From NCBI RefSeq assembly GCF_003918875.1, contig NW_025767120.1:558001-622000 (forward strand): DNA of 64,000 bases, read 5' to 3'. This DNA comes from Haliotis rubra. Lineage: Eukaryota. The position numbers and the translations under genes were made by a program. Position 1 is the first letter of the stretch. The number at the start of each line of letters is the position of its first letter. This document shows positions 12,101 through 21,571 of the stretch, one piece after another. The notes under the pieces were generated by a model. That model was not told the origin of the DNA, searched no databases, and worked only from the letters and a program-made list of their open reading frames with translations.

Positions 12101-15100
12101 TTGTGTCTGCTGTTACAGATGCTGGCCCTCAGTGTGCTGGACACGGTTATGTCTATTGACCACTACCAGCAGTGGCTTTCCTTCCTTAGTAAGAAGGGCT
12201 ACCTCCAGCACCTGGTTGACTCGCTGCTCACAGAGGACGCAGACTTGCAGAAAGTGCTGGCACCCAGCCCAGAACAGCTGCGTTCTCTCTACATATACCA
12301 GTCAAAGATGGTGAGTGTTTAACTTTTTCCAAGTGTTTTTGTATTGGACAGATTAAAAGTGATATTAGTTCAAACTTTAAACAGATCTACTTATGTAAAT
12401 AGCAGCGGTACCACAAAGGGTTTGTATGGTGTTATCCAATACCACTTTAGTTTTATACCACAATTCAGAGATGCCAGATTTTCCTGGTACAATAGGGCCA
12501 TGGTATGTCAAGATTTCTAAATTAATATCATATTGTACATGCTTTCAGAGCTTACTCACTCGCGTTGGAGAGACACTAGAAGGGGCGCACCTACTGCTCA
12601 GATGTGGGATACTTCAGAAGCTGTCCGCCTGTGCCTTCTTTGACCTCCGACCTGAGTCAGAGAGGTAAGTTGGAATCTCCCTCAACAGGATCATCCCTTG
12701 TCATGGTCACAAACATTGAAGGGAGGAGAGTTATGTTGTATACCCACCTTCATGTTCGAGTTGACATCAACTGTTGTGTTGACATCTACATTGTGTATAG
12801 TACCCCGATTGATGTAGATGTTTGTCATCAACTGTTTCTATTGTAGCCCCGAGAAGGAATTGATGGAGGATATGTCCGGAGATGAGTTTATCCCAAGTCC
12901 TATGGCAAGGTATCGCATCCTGCTGTTTGCAGCCCTGAACTTGTGCCTGGCTATACTCACATCCCTTGGGCTGGAGAACAAGGATGTGGCTGCTCAGGTA
13001 GGTCACAATGACATGAATCTTTGTTCAGCTCAGGTAGGTCACAATGACATGGATCCTTGTTCAGCATAGGTAGGTCACAATGACATGGATCCTTGTTCAG
13101 CATAGTTAGGTGATAAGAGTATGGGTCCTTGTTCAGCTACAGAAAAGTGTGGGAAGGGCAGTTTTTTTACAGCTTTCAGATGCCAGACATTTTGGTGTAT
13201 TTCAAAATTCCTCAGCATGGAATTTGGCTTAGAATTACATTTTGTAATTGATTTAAGAGGAATATGACAGTATTAAGCAGTTTATTTGTTTTTAACAGAA
13301 AATATGGAATTCTGCAACTGTTGTGTTTTAATAGAAAGTTATGACATTTTAGCCTGTTATATATAATGCATCTACTCAAAACCATGGATGACATCTACAC
13401 TCGCAGGTGATGTTGTTCATCATCTCCCACAGCGACGTCTTCAACACCATTGTGCGCAGCAGGAAGCCCCTCCTGAGTTTGTCCACCATGCGAGAACTGG
13501 CTCTCACCACCTGTGTCATCTCTAGGGCCAACTTCCACAGTGAGTCAACCCATGAAGATCCGGGTTAGAATTGATCTTCAGTAACCCATGCTTGTTGTAA
13601 GAGGCGACTACGGGATCGGGTGGTCAAGCGCGCTGATTTGGTTGATACACAAACATCATATATCAATTGCGTAGATTGGGTTGCTCATGTTTGTTGATCA
13701 CTGGATTGTCTGGTCATGACTTGATTATATTCCATATAGCTGGAATATTGCTGAGTGTGTGTAAAACAAAACTCACTCACTCACAGTGAGTCACTTGGTA
13801 GTAGGGATAAACTGTTTTCATAGTATCAAGCTTGTATAAATGAACTGTGTCCATGGTGAGTCACATGCTTGTAAAGTCAGCCGTCTAACCCGGTCAGCCA
13901 CTGCGGCTTCCATTTGTGGTTGCTGAGCGGGTTAGGCAGCTGACTTTGTGTGCTGGCGATTAGGTGCCGTACTCTGAGGGTGTGGGTTCGAATCCTGGAT
14001 GGGACTCAACCCAACAGAAGTACTTATGGTTAAGAACAACCATTCTTCAGGCATATAAAAGCGGCTGCTGGACCCTCCTGATCCTCTCATCCCCACGAGA
14101 TTTAGCGACTATGGCGCTTCGCATTAATTGCACTGTATGCACATTATGCAAGGTTGTTGTTTTGTTGGACACGGTGTTTTGCCAGTCATTACTTGCGTGA
14201 CGCGGCTGTATCAAATTGGTAGTTTGCTAACCCATGCTTGTTGTAAGAGGCGACTAACGGGATCGGGTGGTCAAGCGTGCTGATTTGGTTGATACACAAA
14301 CATCATATATCAATTGCGTAGATTGGGTTGCTCATGTTTGTTGATCACTGGATTGTCTGGTCATGACTTGATTATATTCCATATAGCTGGAATATTGCTG
14401 AGTGTGTGTAAAACAAAACTCACTCACTCACAGTGAGTCACTTGGTAGTAGGGATAAACTGTTTTCATAGTATCAAGCTTGTATAAATGAACTGTGTCCA
14501 TGGTGAGTCACATGCTTGTAAAGTCAGCCGTCTAACCCGGTCAGCCACTGCGGCTTCCATTTGTGGTTGCTGAGCGGGTTAGGCAGCTGACTTTGTGTGC
14601 TGGCGATTAGGTGCATTACGTGTACTAGAATCTGTACTTTACTGAGAAAGTGTAATCCCAAATAAAACACACGTTACAAGGTCCTTAGTCACCTAATGAA
14701 CTCAATGAACTGAAACTTCCCTTACAGCTGACCTAGGTTCTGAGTACCTGGACAGTGAGACGGCTCTGATCGAGTTCCGTGGACACCGCTCTGTCATCCA
14801 GAGACAGATGCTGTCTCTCCTGTCTCACTACAGCTTCTCCCCACGCTTCAGCAAGCAGCTGACCAACCTCAGCAGCCAGACGTACCAGGGTGGCCAGAGC
14901 ATTGCAGCCAAGGTGTCACTAGCCTACCAGGAAGTCACGTCTAATGTTGTGGCATACTGCCGATCACTTCTTACTGAGTCGGGTGAGTTGGAAGTCTTCT
15001 TTGAGGAATTTGAAATGAAATGTTCATTTGTATAAAAGTTTATCAGCAAGGGAGCGTATTCTGTCTTACAATACATAGCTAAAGTCATGGAAAAGTAAGG

Positions 15101-18100
15101 TAAAAGTTTATCAGCAAGGGAGCGTATTCTGTCTTACAATACATAGCTAAAGTCTTGGAAAAGTAAGGTAAATGTTTTGTTGATGATGTGCAGGCCCCAC
15201 TACTCAGTACAGCCGGATCCTGTTCAGCCCAGGCCTGGAGGAGGGAAATGCTCGAGACCTACAAGATGCTGATGGTGAGAGGATAGTAGGGAATCATGCA
15301 CTTGGTCAGGAACCTGGTTTCATCTACTGTTGCATAGCGGATGTGCCAAAAGCATCTTCTTTATATTTGTGTGAGATACTTAGACCCATTTACCCCAGTT
15401 AAGTAGAGGCTGTATGGCGGAATTTTAAAGTGATATTAAAGGTAAATTTAACCTTGCTCTATTGGTCTTGTAAATATTCCATTCCAACCCCAAAATGTAC
15501 TGTCATGAGATTTCTGCCAGTTAGCATGCCAAACAATTGAGTTCCATGTCATCATGTATCATTACTAGCATGTGCAGGTTGCACTTTTCATTTTCCACTC
15601 AGCACTTAAGAACTCGAGCAGCACAGAGTTATAGTATGTAAGGTTGCAGTATGTTTCGGAGACATATTTTTACTACACGTGACTCAAACACCCAATGGTG
15701 ATCTAAGTGCTCTTAGATGCTTCCAGATTATTCATGAATTCGTCCCCTTTAGAGGTTCTTCATTTTCCAGTACAGAGTTGCATCCCTTAGCTTGGCCAGG
15801 AGCTAGGTTTGCAATGATTATGATCCTTGATTTGACAGCATTGTGTCATTTGTTTCATTAGTTAGAAGTCTGTGACCTCTGTCACTTCCGTCTCCATTAA
15901 GTTGGTATTCTGTGCTAAGATTACTCAAGTTCTATTCAAAGTAGCATTGAACCTTGTTCTGTCTCTTTCTTTCATGGCCATATTTTCTCAATGCTTACAT
16001 GTTTTTTCTGTGTTCAGAGTTCTCCATATCAAGTATTGGTGGGAGCCAGAGCCTGAGCCTGGGTGTAATAGTTTACCTGCTGAAGCAGTGTGCCGGACAG
16101 TTCCTTGTGGTATACGACAGTCACAGACAGCACGTCCAGAAGCTCACTCATCTGCAGGACCTCAGCTCTGAGGACCTCAAGCAGGTCAGAACAGGCACTG
16201 GTTCAGATTAAACACTACTCGTTTTCTTTCAGAAGCATATTTTATTTACCTTCTTTTTTGGCTTTATGGAGCAGGGGCTGTGGGGTAGCCTAGTGGTTAA
16301 TGCTTTCGCTTGTCACTTGTCATGCCGAAGACCAGGGTTCGATTCCCCACATGGGCACAATGTGTGAAGCCCATTTCTGGTGTTCTCTGTCGTGATATTG
16401 CTAAAAGCGGTGTAAAACCATACTCACTCACTCTTGTTTCAGTTTTCTGGCGCAAGTGGGACAGAGAAGATGTCATCCCAGCAGCGCCATGAGCTGGCCC
16501 GAAGTAGGTTGACAGACATCGTCACACAGAAGGCCAAGGAGCTGCAGCACCATGCATGTATCCTTCATTATCAGGGTTTAGTGATACCGAACCTGTCCTT
16601 TTGTTCCAGAAGTCCATGCTGAATCTTTTGACCTGGACAAGTAATGTTTTTTTATCACCTTGATGTTGTCTCTTCGACCTTAAGTTGTGGGTTGTTCGTC
16701 TGTCACCCATCTGCCTGTTAACCCTGCATTTGAATGCCTCTTTAGCTTCCCGACATAGGATAGTGAAACTGACACCAGACCACCTGGTTTGTCTCATCAG
16801 CAGTTCAAGTTTAGGAACTCATTGAAATGAAACTGACACATAAAAATCTGCATACAAAATTGGTTTGGTTGAGTGTGTGTTCTTTCCTGACAGCATGGAT
16901 TTTAGCTTACAATATCAGTGACTATTTTCTGGTCTTGGACACACCAGATGACTGTATTATTTACAGACTGGGGGTGGTGGGGTAGCCTAGTGGTTAAAGC
17001 ATTCATTCGTCATGCCGAAGACCAGGTTTCAATTCTCCACATGGGTACAGTGTGTGAAGCCCATTTCAGGTGTCCCCTGCTGTGATATCGCTGGAATATT
17101 GCTAAGCAGCGTAATACCATACTCACTCACTTTACAAACTGCTATCAGGCAAGCAAAACACAAATTAACTCTTACACTTTGTCCTTAGAAGAAACTGAAA
17201 AGGTGACATTTTTTTTACATGTCTCAAGTGACAGAGAACTGTTTGGAAACAAGCTGATCGCTGATTGAAATCATTTGATGGCAGATGACGGAGTGATTTG
17301 TGCGACATTTAATATCAGAGCTTTGTGAATATTTCTTTAGCGTGCCAGATATTGTAGAGAACTGTCTGTTCATCATCTGGCGTCACCTGGAGTACTACCT
17401 GCTGCACTGCATCCCGGTGGACCAGCAACCTCTGGCCTACCAGGCACACATGCGTCGACACAACCAGATACGTCGACTACAGGGTAAGTTAGTCTATCAC
17501 CATCACAGGCGTTTGGATGGGGTAGTAGGGACCAGCAGACATGCCTCTGAGGTTTCAGTTTCAAAAGTAACCTGTAGGGGAGGGACTAACACCAAGTACT
17601 AAAGTCTAATCCAATGCTCAGGGTTTACATTTTCAAGCCAAACTGAGGAGTGTTTTTCTCCTATACACATATTATGTTGTGAATGGAGTCAAACGAAGTG
17701 TTAGGAGTTGATGACCTTAATCATAGTACATTCTAAATGAACCAGCCATTCACTACCACGTTTGGGGAAACACTTGTCTTGGATTTTAGAACATTTGAAA
17801 CACTTTGATACGTCCAAACACCATCTGCTGCTCAACGCATCAGGCCATATTAGGTAAAAGTAAAATGAGGTCTTACTAGTTAAAATCCATAGATACTCTG
17901 GCTAACGTCATCTGTCTCTTTAGAGACTTTTAACAAAAACTAAGTGCCATCCAAAACAGTAATAAATATCTGCAATAGGTTTATAAAGTTGTAGTGAAGA
18001 TGACTTCTATGTAAAACAGCAAAAATACATGTACAATGTATTAGTTAAGAAATCTTGGCATGTTTCTCTCCAGACTTGACTGGTATCCGTGGTGTCCCTC

Positions 18101-18781
18101 CTGCAGAACCTGAGATCATGATCAAACCTGAGTATGAACAACTCTCCCATGGTGTCACCAGGGATGACATTGAACTTCTGAAGCAAACAGCACCCTCTGT
18201 CATAAGCGAGTCACTGCTGAAGAAAGTGCAAGAGATAAACCAGGTATGGTGTTACAGCTGATGCAGATTGGCATGTGTGGCTTGTTTTCTTCTGATATTA
18301 TGAATGTGAAAAAGTTGGTTGGTTGGTTTATCACTGCGCTCAGCAATATTCCAGCTATATGGCGGTGGTCTGTAAATAATCAAGTATGGACCAGACAATC
18401 CAGTTATCATCATCATGAGTATCGATCTACACAATTGGGATAAGATGACATGTGTCAACCAAGTTAGCGAGCCTGACCACCCGATCCCGTTGGTCGCCTC
18501 TTACGACAAGCATGGGTTACTGAAGACCAATTCTAACCCGGATCCTCTACGGGTCTAATGTGGAAAAGAATCAACAAGATGTAGCAGTTTGTATATTTGT
18601 GGCTTAAGTGTTTTGGGTAACTTATTTTAATGAAAATTGACATTGTTGGTTATGTTATACCAATTACTTGAGTATATCTTTATCATTACAGTGCTATGTG
18701 AAAGATCGTAGTCACTACAGTTTCACAGAGGCAGTTATACGAAGAATCAAACGTCTACTTCGACTCCATACTGGCAGCTGA
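119..18781 (+). CDS. NUP205: Nuclear pore complex protein Nup205, 3' part (25 exons, ~1285 aa; 5' exons lie upstream of the window)
   Basis: Exons: 119-301, 588-645, 904-1093, 1718-1838, 2019-2118, 2281-2439, 2955-3200, 7686-7829, 7975-8073, 8667-8914, 9066-9257, 9657-9918, 10258-10353, 10687-10841, 12119-12310, 12549-12664, 12847-12997, 13407-13539, 14728-14982, 15194-15274, 16018-16184, 16443-16557, 17349-17483, 18074-18243, 18692-18781 (TGA). All have AG/GT boundaries with consistent phases; total 3858 nt. Peptides recognisable as Nup205: KPPGHTLLLHMLNDS, LLLSINPRSGKADHLVNVAK, PAPNLAHWMLGFE..TNLQDPGILGSARTCLH, SWLLKTIAIELRITSLNRQRSHTQRLLRLLL, QRVRANLYGALLYYLQIAQKP, VCRDACDGHDIGRMLAL, IVENCLFIIWRHLEYYLLHC. 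Confidence 0.95.
1437..1498. repeat. (CA)n/(CACG)n microsatellite (others at 33006-33075, 37811-37848, 61320-61393)
   Basis: Read directly from the sequence. Confidence 0.9.
2669..2892 (+). mobile_element. SINE-like family B fragments (tail plus 5'-truncated copy)
   Basis: GAGGCGACTAATGGGAGTGGGTGGTCAGGC...CCAGACTCGATTATT...GCTGGAATATTGCTGAGTGTGGCGTTAAACAAAC. Confidence 0.8.
3899..5862 (+). pseudogene. DIRS Cys-rich gag N-terminus fused to RT/RNase H/adenine methyltransferase-like ORF (multiple frameshifts)
   Basis: ORF pieces 3857-4327, 4000-4692, 4356-4604, 4653-5090, 4738-5235, 5091-5444 and 5527-5862 carry successive RT, RNase H and methyltransferase motifs in shifting frames. The YxDD motif reads HLDA. 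Confidence 0.85.
5838..6860 (+). pseudogene. DIRS tyrosine recombinase (frameshifted)
   Basis: LSAKGFSARAAKAIATAHRSSTRHLYDDKW, PAWNLNTVL, KTAFLLSLATAARVSEVHAL (catalytic R), LCPIRVLKTYI, HEIR (HxxR), W.S..VFASHY (catalytic Y). Confidence 0.88.
7257..7347 (+). repeat. DIRS internal complementary region (ICR)
   Basis: The first half (GTGCAGGAAGTAAGTAGTGCAGGATTAGTTAAAATT) is the reverse complement of the left end. The second half (AGTAAAATCTAAATATTTTTTATATTTGTATACTTATCCTGCACTACTT) is the reverse complement of the right end. Confidence 0.92.
8058..8621 (+). repeat. ~30-bp minisatellite whose unit is the exon end plus 5' splice site (TCACTGGCTGTTCAAG|GTGAGGGGGAGGGG)
   Basis: About 18 diverged tandem copies, starting inside exon 7975-8073. 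Confidence 0.93.
11126..12060 (+). repeat. ~43-bp minisatellite (GTGTGGCTTGTAGCCAGTGAGTGATGTGTATCAGTTGCTGTAG)
   Basis: About 20 irregular tandem copies, ending just upstream of the acceptor at 12118. Confidence 0.92.
12992..13138 (+). repeat. 36-bp tandem repeat (4 copies) containing the NUP205 splice donor
   Basis: Unit GCTCAGGTAGGTCACAATGACATGAATCTTTGTTCA at 12992, 13028, 13064 and 13100, increasingly diverged. Confidence 0.92.
13548..13781 (+). mobile_element. SINE-like family B copy with TSD CACAGTGAGTCA
   Basis: CCCATGAAGATCCGGGTTAGAATTG...CATGCTTGTTGTAAGAGGCGACTA...GCTGGAATATTGCTGAGTG..(ACTC)n. The TSD lies at 13536-13547 and 13782-13793. Confidence 0.85.
13582..14614 (+). repeat. Near-identical ~385-bp direct duplication (13582-13967 / 14228-14614) bracketing a DIRS recombinase fragment
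   Basis: The two blocks match almost base for base. 14024-14208 between them aligns to DIRS 6641-6843. Confidence 0.9.
13918..14023 (+). mobile_element. tRNA-derived head of another SINE-like repeat (continues at 14622-14670; related copy ~50960-51055 on the - strand)
   Basis: A-box-like GGTTGCTGAGCGGGTTAGG and B-box GGGTTCGAATCC. The tail GTACTAGAATCTGTACTTTACTGAGAAAGTGTAATCCCAAATA recurs in reverse at ~50965. Confidence 0.55.
15033..15170 (+). repeat. 68-bp direct tandem duplication
   Basis: TAAAAGTTTATCAGCAAGGGAGCGTATTCTGTCTTACAATACATAGCTAAAGTC(A/T)TGGAAAAGTAAGG occurs twice. Confidence 0.9.
16274..16433 (+). mobile_element. tRNA-derived SINE family A
   Basis: A box GGTAGCCTAGTGGTTAA, B box GGGTTCGATTCCC, body CACATGGGCACAATGTGTGAAGCCCATTTCTGG and (ACTC)n tail ending 9 nt before a NUP205 acceptor. 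Confidence 0.88.
16558..17348 (+). other. U12-type (minor spliceosome) GT-AG intron of NUP205
   Basis: The donor GTATCCTTC matches the U12 consensus RTATCCTT. A branch-point-like TTTCTTTAGC at 17332-17341 lies just upstream of CAG, with no polypyrimidine tract. The frame joins as HHA-Y-IVENC. Confidence 0.8.
16970..17130 (+). mobile_element. tRNA-derived SINE family A (inside the U12 intron)
   Basis: Same A/B boxes and body; TSD TTTACA(G/A)ACT. Confidence 0.88.
18315..18555 (-). mobile_element. SINE-like family B, full length
   Basis: Reverse complement of the family B consensus; TSD-like AATGTG(G)AAAAG flanks. Confidence 0.87.
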
Positions 18782-19598
18782 AACTGCGGAATCAGAAAAT
18801 CGTAACACATTTTGTGTTGAGCTGCAAAATACTGACTTTGATAGGCTCCTGTATGAACTTGTATGAATATCTAATTGAGAAATATTGGTGGAACTTGGAT
18901 TATAGTAAGCAAAGAAGAATTAATGTCATTACAATATGAAGACCAGTGAATGGAACTGACTTCACTGTCTCCATAGCACTGGAGTGTACAGTATGGCCTG
19001 GAGGCCATTAAGTCATCCTAAATTGTCTACATGCATGTAAATCATTACAGTCACTAAATTTTTGTGGTTTTTGAATGTCATAGTTTAAAAAACTATCATA
19101 GACATGTTGTTTTATGTGATGACATCTTTTTGCTGTACCAATGTGCAATAAGGTTGACCTTTAGGGGATTCAAGGTATTGAGAAAATGTATTAAAGCATG
19201 GCAGTATGTGCACTCTGTATGGTGTACTGTGTATGGTTCTGACAATCCATACAGGGATCTGCCGATTTAAGACTATTACGACTACGTTTGAACAGTTTTG
19301 TTATTTCAAGGTTGAGAGTACAGAATGTATGAGCTCATAACAGCCTACATTGTAGATTGTCTTCCAATCTGCAACCTCTGAGGTATATTTTTGAATGGAT
19401 GACATCCACAAGGCACAGGGAAAATGTATTTTGATCAAGCTTTAATTGAAAGAAATTGTCAAGCCATGACTGTAAATGTATGTATGGCCCCTGGGAAAAT
19501 GTCGACACAAATGAAACAACCAAGTGTTACAATGTACAGAATTATGTTTGTATTTCTTTTATGTGATTGTGAGAATGTTTGAGCTATGTAAATATGAA

Positions 19599-19646
19599 AA
19601 TAAAAATGTCTACATGTTCAAATATTGTTTTCCATGTTTTATTAAA
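19599..19646 (+). terminator. Candidate NUP205 polyadenylation signals (AATAAA 19599; ATTAAA 19641)
   Basis: Hexamers about 0.8 kb after the stop codon, followed by T/GT-rich sequence. Confidence 0.45.
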
Positions 19647-20039
19647 GTCTGTTTCGAATTCGTAAAATGCAGTACAAATTTCTTTATCTAAGATCAGCAA
19701 TTAGCTCACCTATAACTTAGACAAATATTAAATATTGTGTGCACCTATGAAATATCTGGTGAGTCAAGCATGCGTTAATGAGTTTGCATTGATTTTCCAA
19801 CTGAACAGTGGATTATTATATCAAGATATAGACATGTGAAAGCCTAGACCATCAAGGACAAGTTCAGGGTTTCAACACTAATAACATCTGCAACACTGGT
19901 GCAGATCCTCACCTGCTCTCTGATTTGGCCCAAATTCATTCTTTCTGTCCAAGACATGAAATATACTATTGCAAATAACAAAGCAATATTTATTCAGTGT
20001 CTGATCAAGTTTTATCATAACTGTTTTGAGGTGGAGATA

Positions 20040-20380
20040 GAGTGACATCCAGAAAAAGTGCTTGCAGAACATTAACAATGTCAATATCGTTTGTGACGGT
20101 GATACAGGCGATGTAGCCGAGGTACATTGAATGCACCAGGTGATACCCCGTATGAGCTAACGTTACCAGCTGGGTTTGGTCCTGTCCTTCCATCTTATCT
20201 CCGACTTGATACTTTTTGGGAAAGGTCTGGAGATACCACCAGCTGTTGTGCTGCTTGAAAAAGTCTGTTACAATAAAGGATATCGGCATCGTTCTGTTCT
20301 CACTATTGTGCAAATGCAAGGGCATAACGTGACTTTGCAACAGGATAATGCCCGCCCACGTGTTGCGCGTATTGTAGGGT
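20040..20380. mobile_element. Degraded Tc1/mariner transposase fragments
   Basis: The + strand reads TLQQDNARPRVARIV (Tc1 second-Asp QQDNARPH motif). The - strand reads LVHSMYLGYIACITV, resembling the Tc1 C-terminal L..SM.RRC.A.I. Confidence 0.55.
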
Positions 20381-20779
20381 GCGCCATTCAGACACTGACA
20401 TTAACAATGATGAGTTGTGTTCTCGTATGAGTTGTAATGCTACCCCATACCATGGCACTTGTCACCCCAAACTGGTTATAGAGAGTGTCGCTTAAACGTT
20501 CTCCTAGACGCCTGGATACCCTGGCAATACTGTCCAGATAAAAAACACAACTTTAGCACATCTGTTAACAGTATATTGTCGCAGGCTCGTCTTCAAATGC
20601 GAAGATGCTGTCGACATTAAACAAGTAAAAGGGCAGTCTTGTTGACGTGTCAACGACCAGCCCATGCGAAAACAAGGATGTTGCAATGCAGTTGACAACG
20701 TCTCCAAAGGGATAACATTGTGTATCAATGAACACCGAAATGTCTTATGTTTGGCCTTATGCAGGTTACCTTATTGGTG

Positions 20780-20993
20780 AGAAAGTAAGAAAGTTTATGG
20801 ATAACAACTTCTTTATTATATATGATGCGACGTTTCGGTATGGATTCTTATACCGTTGTCTAAGAAAGTTTATGGATAACAACTTCTTTATTATATATGA
20901 AACGTCGCATCATATATAATAAAGAAGTTGTTATCCATAAACTTTCTTACTTTCTTATTAGTCACCAACTTCTAAATGCCAATCAAACATAAC
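20780..20993. mobile_element. Penelope-like element terminal-repeat remnant in inverted arrangement, with a hammerhead-like motif
   Basis: A perfect 56-bp inverted repeat (20781-20836 / 20899-20954) plus an internal direct repeat. The - strand reads GACAAC-GGTAT-AAGAATCC-ATACC-GAAACGTC. A homologous copy lies at 60557-60703. Confidence 0.65.
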
Positions 20994-21405
20994 TACCTTA
21001 TTGGTGGTAGGCCTCAATTTTCAGCAAACGTTGTTTCAGTTCAACGTCTTTATGAACACTTGATATCCGAAAACATTTTTTCACGTTCCAAATCCACGCG
21101 TATCATGCTACCAACAATCGGCAAACTGCGCTCTTGTGAACAAACACGGGCAAAGGGTCAATCACGACCATGAAGTTACAGAGATGACATTTCATAAGTA
21201 TGCATTGTAAGGAGCATTATTGAGTTTCAGTTTCATTTGATTTATTGAACTATACATAAAGCACGGATAATTTGTATACTTTTCGTTTGGTTTATATTCA
21301 TCATAGCAACAGTACAATACATTGTCTAGCTCATCAGAAACCAACGATTCTGTGCACAGGAAGTCTGCAGCCTTTTCATTTCGACCCCTTTCTTCGATCT
21401 TTGTT

Positions 21406-21571
21406 GGGGCGGTGGGGTAGCCTAATGGTTAAAGCGTTGGCTCGTCACGCCGAAGACCCGGGTTCGAATCCCCACATGGGCACAATGTGTGAAGCCCATT
21501 TCTGGTCTCCCCCGCCGTGATGTTGCTGGAATATTGCTAAAAGCGGCGTAAAACCAAACTCAGTCAGTCAG
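21406..21571 (+). mobile_element. tRNA-derived SINE family A, full length
   Basis: A and B boxes present; 12-bp TSD TCGATCTTTGTT. Confidence 0.92.

Noticed and set aside
11400-12144. Minus-strand His/Thr/Leu-rich ORFs
   Set aside because: Minisatellite translations.
21406-21480. tRNA gene-like sequence
   Set aside because: It is the head of a multi-copy SINE with body, tail and TSD; no proper acceptor stem or terminator.
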